Assembly: GCF_004010195.1 (NCBI RefSeq)
Contig: NC_057718.1
Span: 20,338,915-20,402,914 of the forward strand
Origin: Chiloscyllium plagiosum
Lineage: Eukaryota
Direction of reading: 5' to 3'
Length of the DNA: 64,000 bases
The translations under genes and the position numbers were made by a program. The notes beneath the pieces were generated by a model. The model made no database searches. It had not been told where the DNA came from and saw only the letters and a program-made list of their open reading frames with translations. Shown one piece after another: positions 37,354-50,769 of the stretch. Each line of letters opens with the position of its first letter. The stretch's first letter is position 1.

Positions 37354-37447
37354 CTGCTGCATTTCCTACACTACGACAGTGTCTATACTTCATTTGTACT
37401 TTATTAGCTGTACAGCACTTTGAGGCATCCCATGGTCATGAAAGAAG

Positions 37448-38500
37448 AAATGTAGAAACATGGAAACTACAAGCAGGAGTAGGTCATTCAACTCTTCGAG
37501 CCTGTTTTGCCATTCAATATGATCACAGCTGATCTTCTATCCCAAAGTCACATTCCTGCTTTCTCTCCATACCCCATGATGTCCTTACTATCTAAACATT
37601 GACCAATCACTTACTGTGGTAGCAAATTGTACAAAGTGACCACCCTCTGAGTCAAGAAATGTTTCCTCAACTCATCCTAAAAGGCCTACACCATAACTTG
37701 AAACTGTGAAGTCTGGTTCTGGACTCCCTTACCAGGGAAAGTATCCTCTCTTCATCTGGTCTGTCTAGTCCTGGAAGAATATTCTATGTTTCAATCAGAT
37801 CCCCTCTCATTATTCTAATTGCCAGTGAATACAGACTCATTTAAACCAATAACTTTTCATACTATAGTTCTGCCATCCTTGTATCAGCTGGGTGAACCTT
37901 CACTGCATTCCCTCTATGAAAGTATACCCTCTTAGATCTACCCTTATCTGCACACAATACTCCAGGAAAGTGCCACCAAGTCCTGATTAACTGTAGTAAA
38001 ACACCCTTATTTCTGAACTCAGATCCCCTTGCAATGAAGGCCAACATACCATTTGTCTTCTTAATTGCTTGCTGCACCTGTCTGTTTACTTTCACTGACT
38101 GGTGTACAAGGGCACACAGATCCATTCATACATCCACATTTCCCAATATGAAACATTTAAATAATACTCTGCCTTGCTGTATTTCACACTGACGTGTATA
38201 ACTTCACATTTGTCCAAGTTGTAAAGCATTTGACATGTGTTTTGCTCACATACTTAATTTGTCCAGATCACCCTGAAACTTCCTTGCATCCTCCACACAT
38301 ATAATCCTGCCCAGTTTTGTGTTGACAGCAAATTTGGAAACATTGCATTTGGTTCCCTCATCCAAGTCTTTTATGAATATTGTGAATAACTGGGGCCCAG
38401 GTACTGATACCTGTGGTACACCACTAATCACTGCTGGCCATTCAGGAAAATAGCCATTTATTCCCATTGTTTTCAGCCTGTCAAGCAATTCTCTACCACC
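37448..38500 (-). mobile_element. CR1 ORF2 3' fragment, degraded
   Basis: ORFs SGVPQVSVPGPQLFTIFIKDLD...KFAVNTKLG and QVQQAIKKTNGMLAFIARG. Confidence 0.85.
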
Positions 38501-40056
38501 AAACTGTTAACTACTTAAAAAAAAGCCTGTACTTCTATACCTGCATCGAGAAGTATTCAGGCTCACTCGCTTTTCTAAGAAATGAAATAAAAACTTACAT
38601 TAAATCTATTGCTACTCTAGCATCTTCTAAGATCATAATGAAAATACACTATCAATATTCATCTTTTTGATTTTCATGGTGTTTAAAAGGACACTGATGA
38701 CCTTAATGGATGCTGTGATTACCTGACAAGACCAGGCAACTAACATGGAATACAGACAAAATGTCTCTTGTAATTACAGTTTTGGTCAAGAAACACTGAA
38801 ACTCAGTTCTGCGTCACAAAATGAGTAGATTTTGTTTTATTCATATTTGCATGATAACTTCACAGGCTGGAGATGAAATGGAACCTGTAAAATGTACAGT
38901 TTGAAAAAGATAGTGGAGCTGGACTTGAAATATACAAATGAAGTGTATTTCAATAGCTTGTTTTAAGCAATTAAAAAAAAGAGAAAGCAACCTAGATTGA
39001 ATGAAGCAAGGATACAAAAAGCTCTTCTCTCACTCTCTCTAAATCTCAATAGAGAGCCAGTGAAAAAAAGTTAATACAGTAAAACCTCAGGTGACTGAGA
39101 AATCAAGAGTATCTGTATTTCCCCACTACTGAGGATACTGGATAGCAGCTAAACAATTGGGATGCCACTCTCACAACTTAAATACCAGAACAACTACCTT
39201 TTCTTGTCTATTTGTACTAGTTATCCCTCCACTTCTGGCTTCTTTGTAAACTCATTACCTGTGCTTTGTGATCATTTTTCTTTTCAGGTAATAAAAGTTC
39301 ACTGTCTCATTCAAATTGACCTTAGAATGGCTCTCTTTCATTTTTAATCTCGTTAACTAAGTTTGACTGAAGAATGATAGCTACATTTTATAAAGGAAAA
39401 AAATGAAAAGTACTTGTTGCCACTGACCAACACAAGATTAAAAAAGAGGGAAGCTGTGACCCCCCCTCCGAGTATATTGCATATGTTTGGATTCTGCCTG
39501 CAGTACCACCCCTTTGCCCCACGTTATCAGGGCGAAACAGGGAATAGCGTCTGCATATCTTCTCAAAGAAAGGGAGGAGAAAACTTTAGGTTTTCCCTGA
39601 GCTATTCTTTAACACTTATTAGGACTGGCCCAAAGATACATCATTAAGAGCAACTTAATGATGGAAAGACTGAACACTACTGAAGATGAAATCTGTACAC
39701 AATTATTAATAAGCTTGTTATTGCACTTGTATGAAATTTTTTTGTCTACTTCCTTAATAATAGGTTAATATCTTCATTAAAAGGACAGCTAATGAAATTT
39801 CAGACAAACATGCTCATGCATTTACTACATATTCAAGGTTAGTAATATAAAAACACTTAAAAATGTTTTGATCTTTGTACCAAATTTTCTGCAGATACCA
39901 GGTTGCTAATGCAAATTTATATGGTATTGTACATGATAGTCATCATTCAAAAATTGGCAGCTTTAGTTCTGACTAAAAGTACAACACAGGATGCACTATA
40001 GTTGTCTCAGTCTTGTATTCTGTCCAGTGTGTATTCTAGGGTCAGAAAGTTTATAC

Positions 40057-40105
40057 CTTTAGTGGAAACACTGTGATCTGTAGCTTGAATAGGATATTTT
40101 TCAAT
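40057..40105 (-). CDS. EDARADD: EDARADD-family coding exon 3 (IEKYPIQATDHSVSTK)
   Basis: tttctgctttcacag|ATT...AAAG|gtataa, 49 nt, phase 0 to 1; matches human SDKYPIQDT (PxQxT TRAF motif). Confidence 0.9.
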
Positions 40106-40469
40106 CTGTGAAAGCAGAAAATAGGACATTAATTCACACACATTTGACACATATACAGTCTATCGGTAATAATAATAGGCTTTTTATGCTCAAAATATAG
40201 GAGGAAAAAGAAACACTCCAGACGATTAAATTTTATGGGTAACATTTTACAATTGCCTGCTGGCAGGTTTGCAGGTGGGACGGCTCATAAAAGTCCCCAG
40301 ATGTCCTTCCTTCTACCTGCCCTTGACCTATCTGCAATTTTGCATGGAGTGGGCAAGACTGGCTTGCCTGTCCACACCCAAATGAGATCCTAATGTCATA
40401 AATTATCAGCCAATTCAGGGCCACTTCCTGCTTGCCCTCAATCTTGAGGTTGATGGGCATAGGGGATCT

Positions 40470-40800
40470 TATCACTGGACTGTTAATTCAGTGGTTCAGG
40501 TAACATTCTGGTGACCTGGGTTCAAATCGCCACAGCAGATGGTGGAAATTGAATTCAATCAAAATCTGGAATTAGGAGTCTAATAATGATCATGAATCAA
40601 TTATCGATTGTTGGGAAAGCTATCTCGTTCACTGATATCTTTTAGGCAAAGAAACTGCTATTCTTACCTGGTCTGACCTTGATGTAACTCCAGACCACAC
40701 GGCAATGTGGTTGACTCTTAACTGACCTCTGGGCAATTAAGGATCGACAATGAATGCTGGCCTGGCCAGTGACACCCTCATCCCATGAATGATTAAAACA
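40470..40800 (+). mobile_element. tRNA-derived SINE with LINE-shared tail
   Basis: gacctgggttcaaatc B-box; tail gggcaattaaggat...aatgctggcctggccagtgacaccctcatcccatgaatga, also seen at ~36570-36635 and ~53690-53760. Confidence 0.65.
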
Positions 40801-42591
40801 AAAGTTCAGGGAAAGGATCAGTGGGTCACTCTGCTCTAGTCTTGCACCAGAATGGCACTCCCTGATGATACTCTTTCTATATGTCTAAATCTACCACACC
40901 TAAAGCCTGGCCCTTATGATGCTCACTTCCTCCCTGGTCTCCCCATCAGGTCGTCAATACTTCATCTCCCTAAAACCCCAGTCCTTATCTCGCTCCCCTG
41001 CTATAAGACCCAATCCCAACACACTTATTTGGTCCGAGACTCTGAGACTTAAAATCTGAGGACTGCTCATTTTCCAAGCCCTAGTCACTGCGAGCACTGC
41101 TGCTGCTGAAGAACTATCAGCTAATTACCTGAGTGCAATGCTGTTTTCAGCAAATTGAAACTCCTGGGTGTGTTAAATCGTGGTGAAGCATATGCAATCT
41201 TCAGCGACATGTTTCCCATCAACTCCTCGGGTGGCGGAGGTGTGGAAATTAATCTTGTGGAAATTTCTTCCTTATCAAAACAGTAGTTAAGGTTTTACCA
41301 TAAAAGTACTAACTATAGATTTGTCAACACACTGGTTTAAACGGTGTTGAAATGGCAAGGCTTGAACTGCAAGGCAAACGTTCCCATAGTCAGGGACAAT
41401 GGATACACTACATGGATAGAAACAAAATGTGAATTTGTCCAATCACACCTCCTCCTCAGTAGTAACATGGTAATGCTCTGTAGGCTGCTTATGGATTTTG
41501 AGAGGGAAAGTCAAATTAATTCTGTCTTTCAAATCACTCATCTCTTGCAATGCACATATTCTTAAAACTCGAAGCTTCTGCTGCAATGGATTTAATGGCC
41601 CAAGCAACAAGTCTTCAAACAGAAGAGGAATCTGATGGAAGCACATGCTGCAAATAGATGAAAATTGGGAATAAGAGTCTTGTGTAGTAATGAAGAATTT
41701 TCATGGGTGTGGGATCTTTCATATTCTCAAGTTGTTCTCAAAACATTCCACACACTCTTGAAGTGGTCATTGTTGTTTTATAGCAAACCTAGCTGCCAAA
41801 TTGCATACAACAAAGCTTGAACAAAGTCAGGTTCAACTACCCATTCACACCCCTTAATTTCTGAACTAATCTGTGCTGCTGTAGAAACTTGCTGTACATG
41901 TTCATAAAAGATGAAGGGGAAAAATCATGGACAACTTAGTCATGTTATTATTTATTATTACATCCAGCAGTAGTCTTACACACAACCATCACCAATCACC
42001 TGTGTTATTATTTTTCATTTATTAACAACCACCAGTAAATCATCCATGTTTTCCAACTGATTAATTTACCTGCAAGGACAATGCAGACCATCAAATGTGA
42101 GGGACAGGTAGGGAGTGGGAGAGGGAGCTAAATCAAAATGAACATGGTTATTGTCACATAGTTCCTCAGAATCAGCTGAAGATACATCTGGCCAAAGCTG
42201 GATGCATTATATCTGGATGAAGTGAAAAAGGGGAATGTAGGAGGAATTCCAACTTTGTTAAGAGTAAAAGCTATGCTGCCTGACTGTGGATTGTTATCAC
42301 ATCAAGCATTCAAAATGCATTTAAAAACCAAATGTTGCACCATTGATTTTAGCTAATGAGAATGCTCACCATTGCACAATGGTAGGAATATACTATTCAT
42401 ACTCTTGCTTCATAAGTGTAAAACTGCACCTGAAACAACTACATTATTCTATATGTAAATTAAATTTCAAAATGTGTGTAATATTTACTACAAAAATGAA
42501 AGAAAATGAGGATTCAAAATCAGAGCGAATAAATGAAGTAAGGAAAACAATCATGATTCATAAAATGTGTCATGCAAGGCAGTAGTCATAC

Positions 42592-42647
42592 CGTTTCTGA
42601 AGGAACACTAGGATCTGTATCCTCAACGGGAGTCCTGGGAACTTCTT
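42592..42647 (-). CDS. EDARADD: EDARADD-family coding exon 2 (EEVPRTPVEDTDPSVPSET)
   Basis: ttgcttttaacag|AA...ACG|gtatga, 56 nt, phase 1 to 0; contains PVEDTDPS, identical to the human TRAF6-binding segment. Confidence 0.92.
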
Positions 42648-43079
42648 CTGTTAAAAGCAAAAGTACAACTAATTTTTGATAAAAAAATTAAAAACTTACA
42701 CAATATTACAATAAATGAGACATCATAAGATGAAAATTATAATAGAACAAATGCATACAATTTATGTACATTCCGTCAGGGCAATATTTTGAAATTGAGC
42801 TTGTTACTAACCACACCGACTCAGCCATAGGAGGTGGTTATAGTAGCTAACTAACTTTTATACAGGGAGTGGACAAAGACTCAAGAATACAATCTCTATT
42901 GGCTACTGTTATCATAACTTTGATGGAGGGGTGAAGCAGGCCCTCTAGCTGACTTGGGGCTGGCCCATGGTGCAGAAGAACTGGAAGATGACACAAATTA
43001 AAAATAAACATAACAGAGCTTTCATAGATATAATAGATCATCTTTCTTTGAAAAACACATCAATGTATCTTCTAAACTG

Positions 43080-43775
43080 ATCTATGGAGGAGTAGAAATT
43101 TAGAGGTTCAAACACAGAAATCAGTAAAAGCTACTGCAAGGCACAAAAATAACTTGAAAAGCTAATGGAATATTGGCCTTTATCTCAAGAAGGCTGGAGC
43201 ACAAAACGTGGAAGTTATGTTGCAGTTATGTCAAGATTTGATTGGGTGATATCTGGAAGACCGCACTTAGCTCTGGACATCATATTTCAGGAAGGATATA
43301 TTGATCTTGGAAGGAGCACAGATTCACCAGAATGATAATGGTGGTAAAATAATTAAATACGAGGGCAGGCTGAATAATTTTTACATGCGCACTCTTGAGT
43401 TTGGAAAATTAAGAAATAATTAAGTTATATATTTAAGATACTGGATAGAGTTGATAGTTTAGATAGAAATAAACTATTTCGTCTATTATGAAGTTTAGAG
43501 CAAAGCAATGTTAATGTCAACATTGAATTTAAGCTTTTCAAGAGTAATATAGAAAGCACTTCTTCACTAAAAGGGTATTATAAACTCAGAACTCTCTCCC
43601 ACTGTAAGCTGTTGAGCTGGGTTAATTGAACATTTTAAAACAATATTTTTTTAAATATATATGCTGAAAGTATTAATGTTTGCAAAACAGAGACATGTCA
43701 ATGGAGTTAAGTTACAAATCAGCAATGATTGAACTGAATGTCAAAACAGGCAAGAGTTGAATGATCTACTCTGTT
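43080..43775 (+). mobile_element. Highly degraded CR1 3' fragment
   Basis: aaagctaatggaatattggcctttat, aggaaggatatattgatcttgga, aagcacttcttcac motifs. Confidence 0.65.
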
Positions 43776-45279
43776 CAATTGGACAGAATTTTACCAGAAA
43801 ACAGCAAAGTGTCAATTTTGGTGAGATTCATGAAGGGCTTCTTTCTGTGAGTGCTAATGAGACTTTTCAAATTATTCTCTGCAACTCACTTCATTACCTA
43901 AGCATCATCTGTCTATGGTGCCCCGCTCTTCATATCTTCTTCTTGCTAGAGATAAAAGTCCTCATCACTGCCAGGACCTCCCAAGAGTCCCAGTGATGGC
44001 ATTTTCAAAGCCTAGCAGCATATTAGGTCAAACACTACCATCTATGAGTTCCCTTCGCCAGTCACTTAGTGAGAGGGGAAACCAAAATAAATTCTTTTCA
44101 GGGTGCAAGAGTGGCACAGCTCACATGTCATTGCAAATTCATAAATATATTGCTATTTAGGAACTAAGCTTCACAGGTTACCAAATCTTAGCCTCTTCAC
44201 ATTTTAGAGCCTTGTCTCAGGGATTGCTACTCTTCCCCAATGCTCAGTGTAGCCTACAGCTTAGTCATGACAACCATTGAGCTGCACTGTTCCAATGTTG
44301 TAGGTAGGGTGCTTGTGACCGCTGATGCCCCCTTTCCTACAGTAATCCATGTCCTCCAATGCACTGACAACTCCCCTATATATTGAGTTGTCGCTCTTAC
44401 AAATATTGTTCCCTACATCCACAACTAATTTCCCCACCACAGCTGTAGCCTCTTATAACGCCCCCTTGAGTATCTCTGTCCTAACTGATGACTGACCAGA
44501 CCCCGGATATGTGCGCAATCCTTGACTAATTTATCACAAATCCCAGTCTGATTCTCCTGGACCTGCAGGCTGGTCATGGCCTACACTCTAGACAGTAGAG
44601 ATAAACACCTCTGAGCCTGACCTAGCCACTGTCAGACATGTCCAAGCCCTTGGATTAATAGTGGATGATGTATTTTACTCTCAGGACCCCTTGACTAAAA
44701 GCTGCTTCCCTTGGTTTGACTGTGAACTACTCCTCATAGAGTTTGCTATATGACCATTTGGTTCAAGTACATGCAGTGTGTTTGCCGCATATGTTGCATA
44801 TTTTACTGCCGTTTAGCAACATGTTCACGTTTTGACTGATTATTACTGACAATCATAACAAGCTGCCTGGCTTTGATCTGTGCTATGCAGTAAGGCAAGA
44901 CTTTGGCTGAAGTGACAAAGAGCAAAAAGGCAAGACAAGACAAAGATGCTGTGAGCATCCAAGTAGGTGTAAAGTGCATGGGCAGTAAGACAACAAATGA
45001 GGAGCCTTGAAATGCACCCTGGCTTATTCCATGATCTAGGTGCCTGCCCCCCCAAGTGTAAAATATTCTGACAGTAGCATTACCATGAGTGGTACTGGTG
45101 CACTCCAGACTGTAGCACAGAAATGCAAAACCATATTGTAAATGGATTGAGAATCTGCCATGAGGGTATGGTGAGGCTGGTGATTCTTTAGCCGACAAAA
45201 AAAATGTCGTTCTAAGGATTTGCTTAAATCTCTATGATTGGCATATATTCTCACTTTTTCACTTGACTACTGTAATAAC

Positions 45280-45590
45280 ACTTTGTTGAAACATTTAAGA
45301 TCCTGATGGAAGTTGACAGAGTAGATGCTGAGAGGACATTTTCCTTTATAGGAAAGACTAGGACTAGGTGAACACAGTTTAAAATAAAGATTCTCCCATT
45401 TAACATAGAGCTGAGGACTTTTCTTTTACTCTCAGAGAGCCACTGGCCTGTGGAATTCTGTTCCCTGGACAGCAGTGGAAGCTGAGTCATTAAACATTTT
45501 TAAGGCTGAATTGGGTGGGTTGATTGCAAAGGAAAACAAAGGGCATTGATAGTACACAGGAAATTAAAGTTGAGGCCATGTGGTGAAGCA
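45280..45590 (+). mobile_element. Degraded CR1 3' fragment
   Basis: gaaacatttaagatcctg...gacagagtagatgctgagagga...ttttcttttactctcagag. Confidence 0.65.
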
Positions 45591-46959
45591 AGCTTGATTT
45601 GTTTTGTGCTTAGCTTCTTATAAACTGGCTATAATATGACATTATCATTGAGATGCAATGTCTAGCTTAACACAAATATTTGGTCATTCATCCCCAATTC
45701 ACTTGTCCATTCCACCCCATCTCCTATGAATCACATCTTGAAACATTATCTAATGAAGATAAGTTTAACTTGACTTTGCAATACAAAGAGGAGTAATAAT
45801 GTAATAATGTAGCAAATCTTCTGAAACATTCTCAAAGAAAGATTTTCCACAAATTCGTATTTCTAAATGTTTTATGTTGATTTAGTAATTTTTTTTCCAC
45901 AATTATTGAGTGTTCTTGAAATCAAAGTTTAGTCACACCAAGTATTCCTTTTGGTTTAATGGAACCAGGATCCATTTAGCTATCAGGCACATTGCCCACT
46001 CTTGAGTTAATCAAACTGTTGGTCAGGTTTACAATGCCAAATTTTCACACACACAGGTTGTATTATAATGAGGGGGAAGTTAACCTCACAAAAATAATTA
46101 TAGGGGAGCAAACATGTAGGGATAAGGAGATGTCATGCCCATTCACACCAGATATGCCCTTTAAAAATAACAAGTCTTAAGAGTTTTAAAAATAAATTAT
46201 TGACATCCTCTTTTAATTGTAACTAAGCCAACATCCATGAAACCAATACAAGTAGCTTTTCATCCCACAACCTGAAGGTTTTTACATAAGGTTTTTGCAG
46301 TTCATCTTATTGAAAGGGAAAGGTGATTAATGTTCACCCCAGGTTAATTGAAATTTCCATTTTCTGAAAATACAGGGTTAATAAATGTGTGGAACTGTTC
46401 CACAGAATTATTTTACAACTCTCCTTTATGACTGTTGTTGTGCTGTGCTGTCAAAGTGATGAATTAAACCTTCAGGGCAAGACATTTGAGAACTCTGAGT
46501 TTTGCATTAAGAACATTACAAAAATTTAATCTACCAGCCATATTATTGTATGGGATTGAGCCACCTGAGTGTAAGTACACATCCTGTAAAAATGCCTGAA
46601 TTATCAGAAAGTTTTATTGAGAATTGTAGCTGTCACCCATTTAAGCAGAGATAAGCAGTTTAAACAAATAAATTTCTCTTGCATTTTCTGTGCAATGCTT
46701 AAAATATACACTGGAACAGTGTCTGAAAAGAAATATGTTTTTGATAAAAGTCATCAGAACAGCTTCATCATACCCATATTCATAATCACCCTGGGTTCCC
46801 ATCCCACACTCTTAGCAAAATTCATCTCTCAAGAAGAACTCTAGCTAGAATAGTGATCAGCTAATTTTGGATCCAATGTGTCGCTTTGCTTTGGATCTTA
46901 TAGGATGTTATTTTCTTTACAGATGCGACCTGTGGGATCTAATCAAAAACCTGGCTAAA

Positions 46960-48240
46960 GTCCATGTAAACCACGGCAAATGTCTTGGAAAATGTGATGA
47001 TGAGCTGCCTACTTGAACTGCTGCAGTCATTGAAGTGTGGGGACACCCTACTGCTGCTAGAATGTGAGTTCAAGTTCTTTGACTCAGTGAAGGAAAGGTG
47101 ATATACTTCAAAAGCAGGCTTGTGTGTGGCCGCATTTATTGCCATCTCTCATTGCTACTTGAACTGACTGGCTTGCTAGAGCCAGTTCAAAGTCAACCAC
47201 TTTGTTGTCGGCCTGAAGTAATATGTAGGCTAGATCAGGTATGAAGAACAATTTCCTTCCCTGAAAGACTTTAGTGAAACAGATGGGTTTTTACAACAAC
47301 TGACAGTGGTTACATGGTCACCATTAAGTTAGCCTTTAATTCCAGATTTTCATTCATTCAAATTTCACCACCTGCCACACTGAGATATAAATCCATTTAC
47401 CCAGAGCATTAGCCTGGGTTTCTGGATTACTATCCAGTGATGATACCATTACATCACCGTCTCCCTAGGTAGGGGAACTTCTGGGTGGTGGTCTTCCCAT
47501 GCATCTGCTGCCCTTGTTAAATTCTAGAGGTTGTGAACTTGGAAGTTCCACCCAAGAAAGCTTGGTGAGTTATGATAGTATATCTTGTAAATGGCACCCT
47601 TACTGCCATTATCCTCTGATGGAATAGAGACTGATTGTTGAAGGTGGTGGGTGAGGTGCCAATCAAGTAGGATGCTTTGTCCAGGATGATGTCAAGTCAT
47701 CGAGTGTTGTTGGCATTGCATCCATCTATCACACTCCCGACTTGTGCCTTGCAAGATGGTGACAGATATTGGGCAGTCAGGAATGAGTTAGTTGCTGCAG
47801 AATTCATAGCCTCTGACATGTAGTCACAGTTCTGAAATGGCTGGCCGAGTTCAGTTTCTGGTTAGTAGCAACTCCAGCATGTTGATAGTAGAGAATTCAG
47901 TGATAGTAATTCCATTTATGGTCAAGGGATGCTGCTCAGCTTCTCACTTATTGGAGATGGTCATTGCCTGATAATGAGTAGCACGTATTCTACTGGGTAC
48001 TTATCAGCCCAAGGCTGGAGGTTGTTCAGTTCTTTCAGCTTATGAACTGAATTACTTTGGTATTTGTGGAATTATGGATGGTTCTAAATATTGTGAAATC
48101 TTCTGATCTCTAGATGGAAGTAAGTCATTGATGAAGAAGCTGAAGGCTATTGGGCCAGGACACTACCCTTGGAACTCCTGTAGAGATGCCCTTGGACTGA
48201 TATGTTCAACCTCCAACAACCATGAACATTTTCTTTTGTG
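46960..48240 (-). mobile_element. Old LINE remnant with nested SINE (~47120-47465)
   Basis: Minus-strand RT-like remnants (gaagtcattgatgaagaagctgaag...ttgggccaggacactacc is the reverse of the QGSVLGP/FINDL region). Confidence 0.55.
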
Positions 48241-49269
48241 CTAATTATGACCTTATGGATTTTTGCACACTGTGTGCACTTGGCTTCCACCTGGGCCTGT
48301 TGGAGAAGCTTGAAATAGTTAGTATCTTGCAATATATTTGCACACATACTCGGTCTGTAATTGGATCTCTTGATGAAGATCATCACATCAGTGTAACCTG
48401 TAACCAGTTGCTAATATTCAATTCCGTCTTGTTAACTACAAGAGACTTTTCTAACTCGACCATGAAATGATTTTCGTCTACCTCAACAGACCAAATAAGC
48501 GTTATAGTTTCTTATACATAAAGATGATGGTGACAGCAACTTTCATCATGAGCAATAGCTTATACACCACAATGAGCTGGCATGCTCATACAACAAATAG
48601 TACTTTACTTGTTCTACAGTATCTACACCATCAGTACTTGCATAGTGTACTGAATTTCTTTTTGGGGTGATCATGGTCAGGTGGGGAAAGGAGATAAAAA
48701 AGAATGAACTAATTACAAAATCTGTGATCATGAAACATATCCCTCACCATCAATTAAAATTCATTGCAAATGTATATGATTTATAAAGGAAAAAGTTAAC
48801 AGATCCTTTGGCTTTATTCATGTTCTAACGACACTCTATGGATTAACATGTTATAGTTGAAAGCTTTCTTATTACAAGTTTCCACACGCCAAGATCTTTG
48901 AAGTGAGGAACTTTAAATGTGAAGAAATCTTTTTGCTTAACTTCTTCTATTATCTGTAGATGTCAAATGACTGGTTAACTCTTTGAATACTGGGTTATTT
49001 TTGCAATAAAACATAATTTTCTGAGCCATAGGCCTACAGAAAACTAAGCTTTGTAGATTTAAAAAAACGATATACAGATTATATGAGAAAATTCAAACGA
49101 GATCTATTAGACTTTTAGCTAAAGTAACAGTAGAACAGGTGTTATTTTTGGAAAGATCTAATTCATAAATTTGATTTTTTTTATTTATTAGAAAATATAC
49201 ACCAAGAAAATTGGGTTCTTTTTGAGTCTCATATCTTGGAATTTATTTGCAACACTAACTATTTACATA

Positions 49270-50765
49270 ACTACCATGTCACAGACATATAGCTCTACAG
49301 ACATAGCCTGAGTTCTCTGATTACTTATGTTACTACACATTACACAGATATACTGACTGACCACACTGACTCCATTACACAAAAGGACTGAAAGAGAGGT
49401 GGGCATATGTACACTGAATTACATGTTATGATGTCATATAACTGTCTTAAAGGTACAGGCCTAGAATCTGTGCCATAACACAACCTCCTTCCAACCCTGT
49501 TTTCTTTCTAAAGAATGGAACCCCTTTTTGATACATCCAGATAATGCAATGATGGAAGAATGATAAAATACCAAAATACCACTACGTGGTAGTGTACCTT
49601 CAATCTGTGGTGTGCTACTTATTACAGATGGATGTGTATCATTTGTTGTTCGTGTGTAGTTGCATCTAGCATGATACCTTCAGTGTACAAGTCATCATCT
49701 TGCATGGCAGGTGGCTGATGATATGCTATTTAGATATGATGTTTATATCCTTGTAGGAATTGATCATTGTTCATTACATGATCATGTGATCTAGGCTGGA
49801 CACAATGCCTTAATTTATTTCCAATAACCCAAGTGCACATATGAAAATCTTGAACTCTTACAGTTTGTTCTTGGTTCAGCCTGGGATGACCCAATTACCA
49901 AGGTGATGTGCCATTTTCTCCCTTCTTGCCAACAATGCATCATGCATATGTGGTTGGGTAATGAGAGTGTGAGAGAGAAATTTCCCAAAATGTAAGCTGT
50001 CAGTGAGGCTAAACCATTGTTTTGAGGAGGAGACATAGATTTAACATAGCTATCTGAAAGTCTTAGCAAGAAACCTTACATTAAATGATCATAGATTTAA
50101 TAGTACGAACAGTGCATTCTATTACACCATTTGACTGAGGGTAGTTGGGAAAAGGAAGCAAAATATTGAACGGCCCATTACCTGCACATGTGTTGGAAAA
50201 AAGCATTAATGTACTGTGAGCTGTTGCCAGACACAAATGAGATATACCAATCATACTGAATATGGCAGTCAATTATCAAAAGCTGTTGCACTATTGGTAC
50301 CTTTAATCTGTAATATGAAAAGTAATTTGCTGAAATTGTCAGTCACCAGAATGTAATCACGTCCTTAGACATGGAAAATATCAGTCGCAATCTTATTCTG
50401 TAGCTCTGAAAGAAACCTGTGTACACCCATGTGACCTACATATATGCCCTATATATGGCCTACCATGTCTTGACATAGAGCTTGCAGAATCATAACTTAC
50501 TTAGCTTTGAAGATTTCATTCTTGGAGTGTCGTTGTTTGTCATTGAATGACCATAAAGAACACTAGCTCAAGTACTTGTTGGATGTAGTCAGGCCACTAT
50601 GCTGTATGACTCTGTGACCTGTTGATGATAATATTTTTGAGCTATTGCAGGTGGTAATCATCTGATGTATCTTGCTGAATCTACACTGCTTGACTGTGAC
50701 CAAAATGAATGAAATCATGTTGTAGTCTGCAGTCATCTCACTTAACTCCTCTCACTTTCTTCAGG
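49270..50765 (-). mobile_element. Gypsy-type LTR retrotransposon 3' remnant (integrase, PPT, LTR)
   Basis: Minus peptides IATDIFHV*GRDYILVTDNFSK and PNYPQSNGVIECTVRTIK (integrase core); purine tract ggaaggagg precedes TGTTATGG at ~49480. Confidence 0.7.
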
Positions 50766-50769
50766 CCAA

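Larger units (their letters stand above)
36845..37445 (+). mobile_element. DeuSINE (SacSINE1/AmnSINE-like), degraded
   Basis: Deu-domain-like motifs caggtggagataaaagatcc, ctggtcaatatttat, cagattgtctggccattattacactgctg, aaattggctgctgcatttcctaca; interrupted by a Penelope-like insertion. Confidence 0.7.

Noticed and set aside
44100..45200. Possible extra exon or DNA-transposon remnant
   Set aside because: No recognisable motif or phase-compatible exon could be supported by eye.
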